Shown piece by piece: positions 1 to 8,218 of a stretch of DNA of 45,116 bases (position 1 is its first letter; each line of letters opens with the position of its first letter). Origin of the DNA: Candidatus Binataceae bacterium (GTDB taxonomy: Bacteria; Desulfobacterota; Binatia; Binatales; Binataceae); NCBI GenBank assembly GCA_030037595.1, contig JASHQJ010000084.1, positions 1-45,116 of the forward strand, read 5' to 3'. A program made the position numbers and the translations under genes. The notes beneath the pieces are model-generated. The model saw only the letters and a program-made list of their open reading frames with translations. It was not told the origin of the DNA and searched no databases.

Positions 1-1
1 C

Positions 2-868
2 TAGGACGGCCGGGACAACCCAAGGGTTGCGTGAGTCGGTCTGAGCGACGATTACGCCGTTGCCCTCGTAATCGCCCGGGATGATAAAGCCTTCGATTTC
101 GTTGTTCGCGGTTTTCAGGAAGTCCGGCAAGATGTAGTTGAGCTTTACCATCCTGGTGTTCTTGCGCTCATCCTCGGGCGTCTCCGCGCCGTAGACACCG
201 TGATAGCTCGTGTCGGTGGTATTCGTGACTTCGGTGCCCGACAACGCGTCGGCCTCCGACCAGATGATCTGCTGCTTGCCGATACGAGCCGAGAAATTGT
301 CGGTGAAGTTCAACTGTGCATAGTACTCGCGCAGGTCGTTGCGGAAGTACTGCCACTGCAAGTCGCGATGATTGTAGTTGTAGAAGTCGCGATTGGTCTC
401 GGCCGTGCCCTTGTTCTTCAGCGTACCAACTGCGTCGTACCACGGACGGTAGAAAGCGAAGAAGTCGGCATCCTTCAGGATCAGCGTGTCGAAGCGGCCA
501 AGCAACTTGTAGTTCTTGACCATGTGGTAGTCGGGACGGATGTCGGCCAGCTGCCGCATCTCGTCGAGGTCCCAGTGATTGAAGTCGAAGCTGCCGCCGG
601 TCTCAGTCGCGGCCTTGCTCACCTTGGATACTTCTGTAACGCCAGGCGCCGGATGGATATAGCGGGTGTTGGTTCCGTTGCTCCCGGAACTGCCCTCACC
701 CCACTGTCCACCTTCGCGGCTTTCGAAGAATCCGAAAACCGAAAAGTCTCCCTGCGTGATCGTCGCCATCGCGGCGCTCGACCACAATGTCGCGAGGCTC
801 GCGACGGCGACCACCACCATCGATCGCCAATGCGAGCCGATTCGTGCACCCAATTTCCCATTCAGCAT
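2..868 (-). CDS. DUF1302-family protein, N-terminal portion (gene runs off the left window edge)
   Basis: From my own minus-strand translation, the frame is open from ATG at 868-866 to the window edge. It is absent from the ORF track because no stop lies in the window. The N-terminus MLNGKLGARIGSHWRSMVVVAVASLATLWSSAAMA looks like a signal peptide. The block NFSARIGKQQIIWSEADAL resembles the R(L/I)GKQ..SWGE block I recall from DUF1302 proteins. GGGGG lies just upstream of the ATG. The plus-strand ORF 200..1087 is its antisense shadow. Confidence 0.6.
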   Translation of the reverse strand, partial: MLNGKLGARIGSHWRSMVVVAVASLATLWSSAAMATITQGDFSVFGFFESREGGQWGEGSSGSNGTNTRYIHPAPGVTEVSKVSKAATETGGSFDFNHWDLDEMRQLADIRPDYHMVKNYKLLGRFDTLILKDADFFAFYRPWYDAVGTLKNKGTAETNRDFYNYNHRDLQWQYFRNDLREYYAQLNFTDNFSARIGKQQIIWSEADALSGTEVTNTTDTSYHGVYGAETPEDERKNTRMVKLNYILPDFLKTANNEIEGFIIPGDYEGNGVIVAQTDSRNPWVVPAVL

Positions 869-1251
869 AGACACCCCCAAGCCAGTTGGAGCCCTCGCGG
901 TTCGTTGCAAACCCCTCGGACACGGCGGCGCGCTCAGCGCACACAACTGCACGCACCCACCAAAAAACCCTACGAACGGGCGTTTCCTACCATTCCCCGG
1001 ACGAGCTTGTCAAGAAGGCTCCATCGAGCCGTCATATCCCTGCAACAGCAGCGTAAGCGCGCGTTGATTTGGGATTTTCCAATTTAAGCAAGCCTATAGA
1101 TGAGGTACCGGCTCCGCCGGCGCGGTGCACAAACATGCGGAACTAAACTGAATACAGATAATCACGCGCGCTGAATTGGAAGAGAAGCTCAAAAGATGAA
1201 ATTCACTTTTTGCAGTGCCGGACTGCGCCTGTCGAGGCAGTGCTGTCTTAT

Positions 1252-1294
1252 CGCTCAGCATTGCGATGCATGATGCTTGAGCGTGAGTTTTTTT
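1252..1294 (+). terminator. terminator-like hairpin followed by a T7 run
   Basis: CGCTCAGCAT (1252-1261) pairs with ATGCT(T)GAGCG (1273-1283, one bulged T). TGAG and then TTTTTTT (1288-1294) follow. The 4-nt gap between stem and T run makes it sub-optimal. Confidence 0.35.
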
Positions 1295-1547
1295 GTGATG
1301 GCGCGCGAATCAGCTGCTCAAGATCAGCGCGCCGCCGATACGTACAAACGCACAGGTTAACGGCGGATTACAATACCCTTGAATTTGTGACCCGATCAGT
1401 GTAGGTAAGGCCACCGATAAGCCTGTCTGCGGGGGTTTTTCAGTGGTCGAGGCATGTAGCGGCGCCTCGGATTCCGACGACGGGTACATCACTGGGACGA
1501 ATTGGCCGCGGGACTATCCTATTTAGACTCGGCGGGGGTAACAGAGC

Positions 1548-3065
1548 ATGGCTCAGGGAAGGATGAATATGATTAATCAGGGAGGAAACGGGCACGCACA
1601 TGAGCGCCCTTGTGGGAAGCTCAGTCGTTCCGGTTGGAGGAGTTTGGCAAGCGGCGTTGCCGCGCTCGCGCTTGTCGCCTCTGCGGGGCCTGCGTTGGCG
1701 GGCGGGACGATTCACGCGGATGTTCTCGTCACCAATTCGGCGCTGGGATCGGGCGGCCTCGGCGGCCAGCTCCTGGGATATTCCGCAGGCCAGAAGAACG
1801 CGGAAAAGCCGACCACGACTCTGAGCGGCGGTAATAACTTTTTGATAGGACCGAGCGGCGTCGCAATCGATCTCCCGCTCGGACTCGAAGGCGTTACTTC
1901 GGGTCTAGCCAACATCGTCACCTTCTATCAGCTCGGCGCCAACGGGAATACCAGTCCTATCGGGCTGCTTTCGAATCCTAAGTTTACACCGGCGTTCCCA
2001 GTTACCTTCCCATTGAACCTTGATACTGGCATCGCCGCTCAAGCCGACGACCGAGTTTGGATAACCAGCCTTTCGCCCCCGATTTGCGCAGTCACTAGTA
2101 TCGCGGGCTGTACGACGACGTCGGCCGATCTCTGCGGTTCAGGATCGATTTCGCGCTGGACAGTCGGTGCAACAACGCCCGACCTAGTGATTGGTGGATG
2201 CCCCGCAAATGGTATTCCCGCCGCGCTCGACTCGCAGGTGTTCGCGCCGATCGGCATATTCGTTGACAGCACGGAGGTAGTGTTTTGCGCCGACGCCACG
2301 CAGGTTACTGGGGGTTCTCAGGGAGCCTGCGCGTCGTCTCTTCAGTCGCAGGTGGTTTCTCCCACGAATTTTTCACCGTCCAGCGCTAGCATACCGACCA
2401 ATCGCGTTTGGATCGTCAATTCGCTTGGATACGTTTCTATTTACCTGCCGGAAGCGGCAGACGCTGCCGGGCTGTTCGCGTTGACCAACACGGCCTTTCC
2501 ACCGTCACCGGCTACAAACGTATTTTTCTCGGAACCGCCTCTCGGAGGATTCTTCGCCACTACGACGGACAATCTGCTCCCTCCTCCCCTGGGAGCCTCA
2601 ACGGATACGACCTCGCCGAAGTACATCGCAGTCGACGCGAGTGAGACGACTGCCTACATAACCGACCTTGCGCTCGGGGCCCGGAGAAAGGCGACCAAGG
2701 GTGAGTTCGGGCGAATCAAGGAATTCGCGCTCATGACTGTCCCCGAGTTTCAGACTTGCATCGAGGCGAATCCCTCCGTGCCGAGCGGTTGCTTGATTGC
2801 TATACAGAACCCATTGGTGACGGGCAGTTTCTCGACATCGATCGAGGGTCGTGGCACGCAGCTCAACGCACCGCAGGGTATTGTGACCTTCAATCTTGGC
2901 ACGGGCGATTTCGTGATGGTTGCCAACACGGGCAGCAACACGGTCACCGAGTATGCCCCAGGCGTAAGCGGCAACGCGAGGCCGGATGCGGTATTGAGCA
3001 GCCCGGGCGGCAAGGTTCATACGCTCGATCTGCCGGTCGGTCTCTCGTTGACGCCGGTTCCGTAA
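1548..3065 (+). CDS. secreted hypothetical protein, beta-propeller-like repeats
   Basis: 505-aa ORF with a GGGGG Shine-Dalgarno-like run upstream. The signal-peptide-like segment is WRSLASGVAALALVASAGPALAGG. Strand-like motifs recur: GPSGVAIDL, PIGIFVDS, PKYIAVDASETTAYITD, PQGIVTF, VMVANTGSNTVTEY. These are typical of NHL/YVTN/lactonase-type propeller blades. The family was not identified. Confidence 0.7.
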   Translation: MAQGRMNMINQGGNGHAHERPCGKLSRSGWRSLASGVAALALVASAGPALAGGTIHADVLVTNSALGSGGLGGQLLGYSAGQKNAEKPTTTLSGGNNFLIGPSGVAIDLPLGLEGVTSGLANIVTFYQLGANGNTSPIGLLSNPKFTPAFPVTFPLNLDTGIAAQADDRVWITSLSPPICAVTSIAGCTTTSADLCGSGSISRWTVGATTPDLVIGGCPANGIPAALDSQVFAPIGIFVDSTEVVFCADATQVTGGSQGACASSLQSQVVSPTNFSPSSASIPTNRVWIVNSLGYVSIYLPEAADAAGLFALTNTAFPPSPATNVFFSEPPLGGFFATTTDNLLPPPLGASTDTTSPKYIAVDASETTAYITDLALGARRKATKGEFGRIKEFALMTVPEFQTCIEANPSVPSGCLIAIQNPLVTGSFSTSIEGRGTQLNAPQGIVTFNLGTGDFVMVANTGSNTVTEYAPGVSGNARPDAVLSSPGGKVHTLDLPVGLSLTPVP

Positions 3066-3093
3066 GAACCGAGACTGCTAGTCGCGCAAGCGA

Positions 3094-3132
3094 AAAAACC
3101 CCGGGTCCGCGAGGACCCGGGGTTTTGTTTTT
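3094..3132. terminator. bidirectional rho-independent terminator between convergent genes
   Basis: The sequence reads AAAAA-CCCCGGGTCC-GCGA-GGACCCGGGG-TTTTGTTTTT. This is a 10-bp perfect GC-rich stem with a 4-nt loop, an A tract on the left and a T tract on the right. It sits between the stops at 3065 (+) and 3155 (-). Confidence 0.85.
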
Positions 3133-3154
3133 CAACAGTGGATGACGACGCGCG

Positions 3155-3727
3155 CTACTCGAGGTCCGTGGCCACCGCCTCGGCCAGCCCGCCCGCGATC
3201 TGTGCGCCGGCCGGATGATCGACCTCGACTGCCAGCTTGCCGGCCTCGGCGAGCGCGCGAGATTCGTGGGCGCTGATTCCCGTCGGAGAGAAGCGCACGA
3301 ACTGCACCGCGCTCATCCGCTCGGGCGACAGCTGGCGATCGTCGAATGACCCGGCGACGCGCCGCTCGCCGATCACGAATCTCACGCAGCGCTCGCGGCC
3401 GACCAGCCTTTTGAGCGCCGCATCGCGCTCGCGCGAATCGGCGTATTCGATCAGCATCGTCGCGACCAGCTCGCCGCCCCTCGGCACCAGGTCGTTGTAG
3501 GTGTCGATCTCGTGTTCAATCGCGTCGCGGGCGAAGGTCTTCTCGGTCCGGATCATCTCCTCGACCTGGTACCACGCGGTTTGCCGGTTCTCGAACAGCA
3601 GCGTGATATGCGAGCCGACCGCGAGGCGCCGGCGCGCCTTCTCGTAAATCAGGAGCGGACGCGTGACCTCGCGCACGCGCTCGTAATCTTCGAGCGGCAG
3701 AATCTCGTCGAAGGAAATCGGCTTCAC
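3155..3727 (-). CDS. DUF3501 family protein
   Basis: This is the C-terminal 190 codons of the 397-aa track ORF: VKPISFDEILPLEDYERVREVTRPLLIYEKARRRLAVGSHITLLFENRQTAWYQVEEMIRTEK...IDTYNDLVP...VQFVRFS. It matches my memory of DUF3501 proteins. The GTG start at 3727 overlaps the stop of the upstream reading frame (GTGA). The N-terminal 200 residues of the track ORF are Arg/Ser/Cys-rich out-of-frame junk. Confidence 0.8.
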   Translation of the reverse strand: MKPISFDEILPLEDYERVREVTRPLLIYEKARRRLAVGSHITLLFENRQTAWYQVEEMIRTEKTFARDAIEHEIDTYNDLVPRGGELVATMLIEYADSRERDAALKRLVGRERCVRFVIGERRVAGSFDDRQLSPERMSAVQFVRFSPTGISAHESRALAEAGKLAVEVDHPAGAQIAGGLAEAVATDLE

Positions 3728-4591
3728 GTTGACGCCTTTTTCGGCGCCTCGGGCGGCGGCGCGACCGGGTCGGGAAATCCATCGGGCTCGTAGGCGCGCG
3801 CGAGCACCTCGACCGGATGAATCGGTCGCACTCCTGTCGTCTGCTCGATCTGCACCGCGGCGAGCGGACAGTCGGTCGCCATGATTTTCGCGCCTGCATC
3901 GCGAAGCCCCGCGAACGCCTTCTCGCCCCATTTCATTGAGAGCTCGAAGAACTCTTTCTTCATCGCCCAGGTGCCGTCGTGGGCGGTGCACGCCTCGACG
4001 GTCTCGATCTCGACGTCGGGAATTTGGCGCAGCATGTCGCGCGAGCGAAAGCAGATGCCCTGCGCCTTCAGATGACACGGGACGTGATACGCGATCGTCA
4101 CCGGTGTGCTCCTGAAATCCTTGTTGAAGCGGCCGGCGCGACGCACCTGGTGAGCAGCTCGTGTGTGTCCGCGACCGCGGCGGCGAATTCCTTGACGTTG
4201 TCTGCGGACAACAGGTTCGGGTAGATGCTCCGCATCGTGAGCGAGCAGGTCGGATTGATCGCCGCGATACGGTACCCCTGGCGCACCAGAGGCAGCATCG
4301 ACTCGACATTGGCGTGCGCCTGCTTGCGTGCGAACTCGATGTCGCCACCCTCGAGCGCCGGCATCCCGCAGCAGTTCTGCTTCGGGCATTTTACGTCGCA
4401 GCCGTTCTTCGCGAGCACCTTGACCGCGGCCTTGCCCGGTCCGGGCTTGTAGTAGTTCACGAAGCAGGTCGGAAAGAGCGCGACCTTGGCCGCAGGCTCC
4501 GCCGGCGCGGGCGGCAGGGATTGCGCTCAAGCCACTGATCGAAAGTCTCGGCGGCCTCCGTAAACGGCGGCGTGGGTCGCCGCCGGTTCAA
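3724..4591 (-). pseudogene. glpC/hdrD/lutA-like (Fe-S) oxidoreductase with CCG domains, 5'-truncated and frameshifted
   Basis: The conserved protein sequence is spread over three frames of the ORF track. First, IALNRRRPTPPFTEAAETFDQWLERNP lies in ORF 4457..4729. Second, KVALFPTCFVNYYKPGPGKAAVKVLAKNGCDVKCPKQNCCGMPALEGGDIEFARKQAHANVESM...INPTCSL...ADTHELLTR lies in the frame of ORF 4098..4460. Third, AGRFNKDFRSTPVTIAYHVPCHLKAQ...ACTAHDGTW...MATDCPLAAVQIEQ lies in ORF 3724..4530. No N-terminal CxxCxxCxxxCP ferredoxin domain is present. The homology begins at the stop codon of the fur gene. Confidence 0.65.
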
Positions 4592-4598
4592 TGCGATT

Positions 4599-5096
4599 TC
4601 AACTGGTGCGCGTGCCGCGCCGCTTCGATTCGCGCGGCCCGCATTCCTCGCGCAGCGCTTGGATTTCGAGCGATGAGCCGAGCAGCTTGAACTCGCCCAG
4701 CTCCGAGCGCCCCGCGAGCAGGCGATCAAGCTCGGGGATTTCGATGTCGCGGATGCGGCGGCATTTGACGCACACCACGTGATGAGGCGGCGTGAGGTTG
4801 CCGTCGTAGCGCGCGTTGTCGTGGAGCATCGTCACCTTGCGCGCCTCGCCGATCTCGCACAGCGTCTCGAGCGTGCGATGCACCGTGGCGAGCGAGATAT
4901 GCGGATGCTCGCGGCGCACTTCGGCGCAGATCGCGTCGGCGCGGGGATGCTCGGCCGAGGCCAGCGGCGCGCGAATGATCGCAAGGGGTTGCGGCGTGAC
5001 CGCGAGCCCGCCCTTGCGGCATCGCTCGGCGAACTCGTTAAGGCGCGCGGCGGCATAGCCGGCGCGCCGCCCTTCGTTGACCAGATTTAGTTCCAT
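4599..5096 (-). CDS. Fur-family metalloregulator (Fur/PerR/Zur-like)
   Basis: The 165-aa ORF has a winged-helix segment (ISLATVHRTLETLCEIGEARKV) and a metal-site segment (HDNARYDGNLTPPHHVVCVKCRRIRDIE). Only the first CxxC is present. The C-terminal position reads LREEC rather than CxxC. Confidence 0.85.
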   Translation of the reverse strand: MELNLVNEGRRAGYAAARLNEFAERCRKGGLAVTPQPLAIIRAPLASAEHPRADAICAEVRREHPHISLATVHRTLETLCEIGEARKVTMLHDNARYDGNLTPPHHVVCVKCRRIRDIEIPELDRLLAGRSELGEFKLLGSSLEIQALREECGPRESKRRGTRTS

Positions 5097-5105
5097 TTCT
5101 TAGTT

Positions 5106-5121
5106 GACAATAATTATTGTC
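5106..5121. promoter_or_regulatory. candidate Fur-family operator (perfect 16-bp palindrome)
   Basis: GACAATAATTATTGTC is perfectly self-complementary. It lies 9 nt upstream of the fur ATG (5096) and overlaps the predicted -10 element. An extra half-site, ATTGTCAA, lies at 5133-5140. Confidence 0.55.
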
Positions 5122-5140
5122 TGAGTCTGAGTATTGTCAA
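5112..5140 (-). promoter_or_regulatory. candidate sigma-70 promoter of the fur operon
   Basis: The minus strand reads TTGACA (5140-5135), then a 17-nt spacer, then ATAATT (5117-5112). This would give a very short leader with no Shine-Dalgarno sequence. Confidence 0.45.
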
Positions 5141-5350
5141 GGATTGATTCGCAGATCCAGCTCTCGCGAAGGACACTGTGAAGAGTTCGTTACGTTGAGG
5201 CCTCGATTCTCTTGACGTGACGAGCGTAACGGTACTATGGATAGCCCGCTTAGACGGCTTAAAGGCGATTCCGGCTAACCGAACCTTGGCTAGACCGTCA
5301 TATTTTCGAAAAAGCTTTGGGCCGAGACAAGATGACTGGGGGAGCCTCAA

Positions 5351-7366
5351 ATGAAGCTCGCAAAGCGACTAGAGCTTTGGAAAGCGCGGCGATTTCGTAT
5401 GGACCACTTTTTAGCCGCACTTATCGTTTTGTGCGCCACGACGGCGCCAGCCTTCGCGCAAGCGATTGATCCCAGCACTGACAAGCTGGTCAATCTCGGC
5501 TTTCAGGTCTTCACCACGACCACTTTTAATGGCAACGGCCGAACCTGCTCGACCTGTCATTTGCCGGGGAGCGATTTCACGATCAGCCCCGCGGATATTC
5601 CCGCCCTCAGCGCTGATCAGAAGGATCTCGTGCTCGGGAAGAACATCAGCGGCGGGCTCGAGAATCCGACCCTCGTTACGCAGCTGGGCTTGTTCAACAT
5701 CAACGACAAGGTCGGCAATGACCCCGATGAAGTAGGCACGTCGAACACCCCGGTCGGTCCTTTCCGTGCGTCCATGTCGATTGCCGCTTTGGCTTTGACC
5801 ACTTCGAACCTGCTGCCTGATTTCTGCACTAACAATGCTCCGCCAGAGCTCATCGAGAACGGCACTGACCTGGTCGCAGTACTTTGCGATCCGCTGCCGC
5901 CGCCGTTTCCGGCCAACGCGGTGCCGATCACACTTACCGATGTGTTCCAAAATGACAATCCTGTGACGATAGGGTCGGCAACGCCCGGAGTCGCTGAGGG
6001 CACGCGTAACGTCGAGCTCGGCTGGGCCGGCGATGGAGCGCTCACCGATCCCGATGTGTTCGGCGCCGCCACCACGCTCCAGAACGAGGACTGCCGGGAT
6101 GCCGTTGACGAGGCGAACAACGACATCACCGATCTGACCAAGTCGCTGCGCGCGTTCTCGCTCGCCGCGGTTAAGACTCATTTCACAAAGAGTCTCAATC
6201 GCGTCCCGGGCGTAGACTTCCGCTGCCCTACTTCGCTCGAGCTCGACGAGCTGGCCGCGTTCCAGGAGTATCTCGGCCGCAGGATCGAACTCGCGCTCAA
6301 AGCAGGGGTGCCGACCGACGCGAACGACGGCGACGCGGCCAATAATTTCGCGGCGGGGACGCAAGTCGATGCATCGCAGCCGGTAATTAGCTTCAACGAC
6401 GCGACCGCTGAGACAGGCAAAAAGATCTTTCTCGATGGAAACGCTCAGTGCAATCTCTGCCACTTCAACGCCGGCGCCAACGAGGAAACGGGCCTCGTAC
6501 ATGCCCCCAACGTGAACGATCCCTCCGCGCCTTTTCCAGAGCGTAATTTAAACGCGAAGCAGCTGGTCGATCTGCTGCGCTGTGCGGACGTAACCGGATC
6601 ACCGACCACATGTATGAATGCTGGGACCGCGACCGCTCACGGACTCAACGCGCTCGTCGCGCCGATAGTCTTACCTCAGGATCCGGGTGACAAAGTTGCA
6701 AATGGCCCCGCATCGCTTTCGTTGGCGAATAGCGACTGCAACAGCGGCATCGACTCGGGTGGCAACACAGGATGCTTGAGCGGTGGCTTGAGAGAGGGAG
6801 CTTTCAACGTTCAATCTTTGATTGAAGCCGCGCGCAAAAAATCATTCTTTCACAATGGTGCTTTCACCACCCTCGAGGGAGCCTTCTCCTTCTATTTCTC
6901 GGCCAGTGGTGATCTGAACAAAGCGTTCACGGTACCCAGAAAAGCAGAAACCGGCACCACTGCGCTTGCCAATTTGGCAACCACTTATTTTTCCAACCCC
7001 GCCGACACGCAACAAGTATTCAATACGCTGGGCTTCTTCCTGCGCTCACTCAGCAGCGTATATGCGATAGCAGATTGTGAGCGCCTGATGTCGGATTCGA
7101 TCAGCCTCGTTCAGCAGGGCCAGCCGGTAACGCTCCAGGCGCAGCTCTGCGCTGGCGAGCTTAACGAGGTAACTAACATGATCAAGGGCGCGCAGGTCCA
7201 GCTCCCCAGCCAGTACGTGACCGTCGCCAGGGAGGCCCAGCAGATTCAGCTCCTGATGAATCTGTCGGCCGATTCCAGGCTCCAGATCGGACTCGAGACG
7301 GTGCTTCGCACCTTGCAGGGAATGAGGCATTCTATTGCCACGATAACGCCCGACTTGCCGAACTAG
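5351..7366 (+). CDS. di-haem cytochrome c peroxidase (CCP/MauG)-like protein, unusually large
   Basis: 671-aa ORF with GGGGGAG 6 nt upstream of the ATG and a signal-like segment, [19 protein letters not shown]. The first haem motif is CSTCH (nt 5546-5560). The second is [17 protein letters not shown] (CNLCH at nt 6449-6463). The motif [19 protein letters not shown] resembles the conserved (Y/F)FH(D/N)G...TLE block of bacterial CCPs. Confidence 0.75.
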   Translation: MKLAKRLELWKARRFRMDHFLAALIVLCATTAPAFAQAIDPSTDKLVNLGFQVFTTTTFNGNGRTCSTCHLPGSDFTISPADIPALSADQKDLVLGKNISGGLENPTLVTQLGLFNINDKVGNDPDEVGTSNTPVGPFRASMSIAALALTTSNLLPDFCTNNAPPELIENGTDLVAVLCDPLPPPFPANAVPITLTDVFQNDNPVTIGSATPGVAEGTRNVELGWAGDGALTDPDVFGAATTLQNEDCRDAVDEANNDITDLTKSLRAFSLAAVKTHFTKSLNRVPGVDFRCPTSLELDELAAFQEYLGRRIELALKAGVPTDANDGDAANNFAAGTQVDASQPVISFNDATAETGKKIFLDGNAQCNLCHFNAGANEETGLVHAPNVNDPSAPFPERNLNAKQLVDLLRCADVTGSPTTCMNAGTATAHGLNALVAPIVLPQDPGDKVANGPASLSLANSDCNSGIDSGGNTGCLSGGLREGAFNVQSLIEAARKKSFFHNGAFTTLEGAFSFYFSASGDLNKAFTVPRKAETGTTALANLATTYFSNPADTQQVFNTLGFFLRSLSSVYAIADCERLMSDSISLVQQGQPVTLQAQLCAGELNEVTNMIKGAQVQLPSQYVTVAREAQQIQLLMNLSADSRLQIGLETVLRTLQGMRHSIATITPDLPN

Positions 7367-7414
7367 CGCGCGCCGTCCGCACCGGATGGTCCCATCACTC
7401 GGGGCGTTTCGTGA

Positions 7415-8218
7415 GTGACCATGATCACGCCGGTTGCGCTTACGATTGCGGGATCGGATTCCGGCGGCAGCGCAGGAATCCAGGCTGACCTCAAAACCTT
7501 CGCCGCGTGCGGCGTGTTCGGCACCTCGGCCCTGACGGCGCTGACCGCGCAGAACACGCGCGGCGTGACGGCGATCGCCAATGTCGAGCCGGCTTTCGTC
7601 GCAGCGCAGATCGACGCGGTCGCCGAGGACTTTGAGATCGCGGCGGCAAAGACCGGAATGCTGTCACGCGCGGCGATTATCGATGTCGTCGCGGAGCGCG
7701 TCCGCGCGTACAAGATCATGAACCTGGTCGTCGATCCCGTGATGGCTGCCGCGAGCGGCGATGTGCTGCTCGAGCCCGATGCGATCGAAAAAATGCGCGA
7801 TGCGATGCTGCCGCTCGCGGCCGTCGTGACACCGAATCTGCGCGAAGCCGAACTGCTCACTGGCCGGAGCGTAAGGACGCGCGAAGACATGACGCGGGCC
7901 GCGCGCACTATTGTTTCGGCGGGCGCACGCGCTGCGCTGGTCAAGGGCGGAGCGCTCACCGGAGATGCGATCGACGTGCTCTTCAACGGCCGCAGCATCC
8001 GCGAATTTCGCGCGCCGCGCATCAGTGGCCCGCGCGCGCACGGGGCGGGATGCACGCTGTCAGCAGCGATCGCTGCGGGCCTCGCACTTGGACATCCGCT
8101 CGAACATGCGATCGCCGATGCGAAGGCGTTCGTGACGCGCGCGATCGAAACGTCGCCCCGTATCGGGCACGGCGCGCGGCCGCTCAATCACCTCGCGCCT
8201 GGCGGAGGAAGACCGTGA
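7415..8218 (+). CDS. thiD: hydroxymethylpyrimidine/phosphomethylpyrimidine kinase
   Basis: [22 protein letters not shown]...[10 protein letters not shown]...KTGML...VVDPVM...[11 protein letters not shown]...VKGG...[16 protein letters not shown] is the classical ThiD pattern. Confidence 0.9.
   Translation: MTMITPVALTIAGSDSGGSAGIQADLKTFAACGVFGTSALTALTAQNTRGVTAIANVEPAFVAAQIDAVAEDFEIAAAKTGMLSRAAIIDVVAERVRAYKIMNLVVDPVMAAASGDVLLEPDAIEKMRDAMLPLAAVVTPNLREAELLTGRSVRTREDMTRAARTIVSAGARAALVKGGALTGDAIDVLFNGRSIREFRAPRISGPRAHGAGCTLSAAIAAGLALGHPLEHAIADAKAFVTRAIETSPRIGHGARPLNHLAPGGGRP

Noticed and set aside
200-1087. 295-aa plus-strand ORF at the left edge
   Set aside because: It has an Arg/Val/Gly-rich low-complexity translation. 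It lies exactly antisense to the much more protein-like DUF1302 frame that runs off the window.
1425-1440. GGGGGTTTTT run as a terminator
   Set aside because: No complementary C-rich arm lies upstream to form a stem.
3728-4348. N-terminal 200 residues of the 397-aa ORF 3155..4348
   Set aside because: The translation is Arg/Ser/Cys-rich nonsense. It overlaps the conserved CCG-domain frames. The DUF3501 homology starts only at GTG 3727.
5411-6502. 363-aa minus-strand ORF inside the peroxidase-like gene
   Set aside because: It is an antisense shadow ORF typical of high-GC DNA, with an Arg/Gly/Glu-rich translation and no motifs.
7367-7414. Possible TPP riboswitch upstream of thiD-tenA
   Set aside because: The spacer is only 48 bp. 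It lacks the CUGAGA and ACCUGAUCUGGAUAAUGCCAGCG-type THI-box elements.
7363-8187. 274-aa minus-strand ORF opposite thiD
   Set aside because: It is an Ala/Ser/Arg-rich antisense artefact. The thiD frame has unmistakable family motifs.
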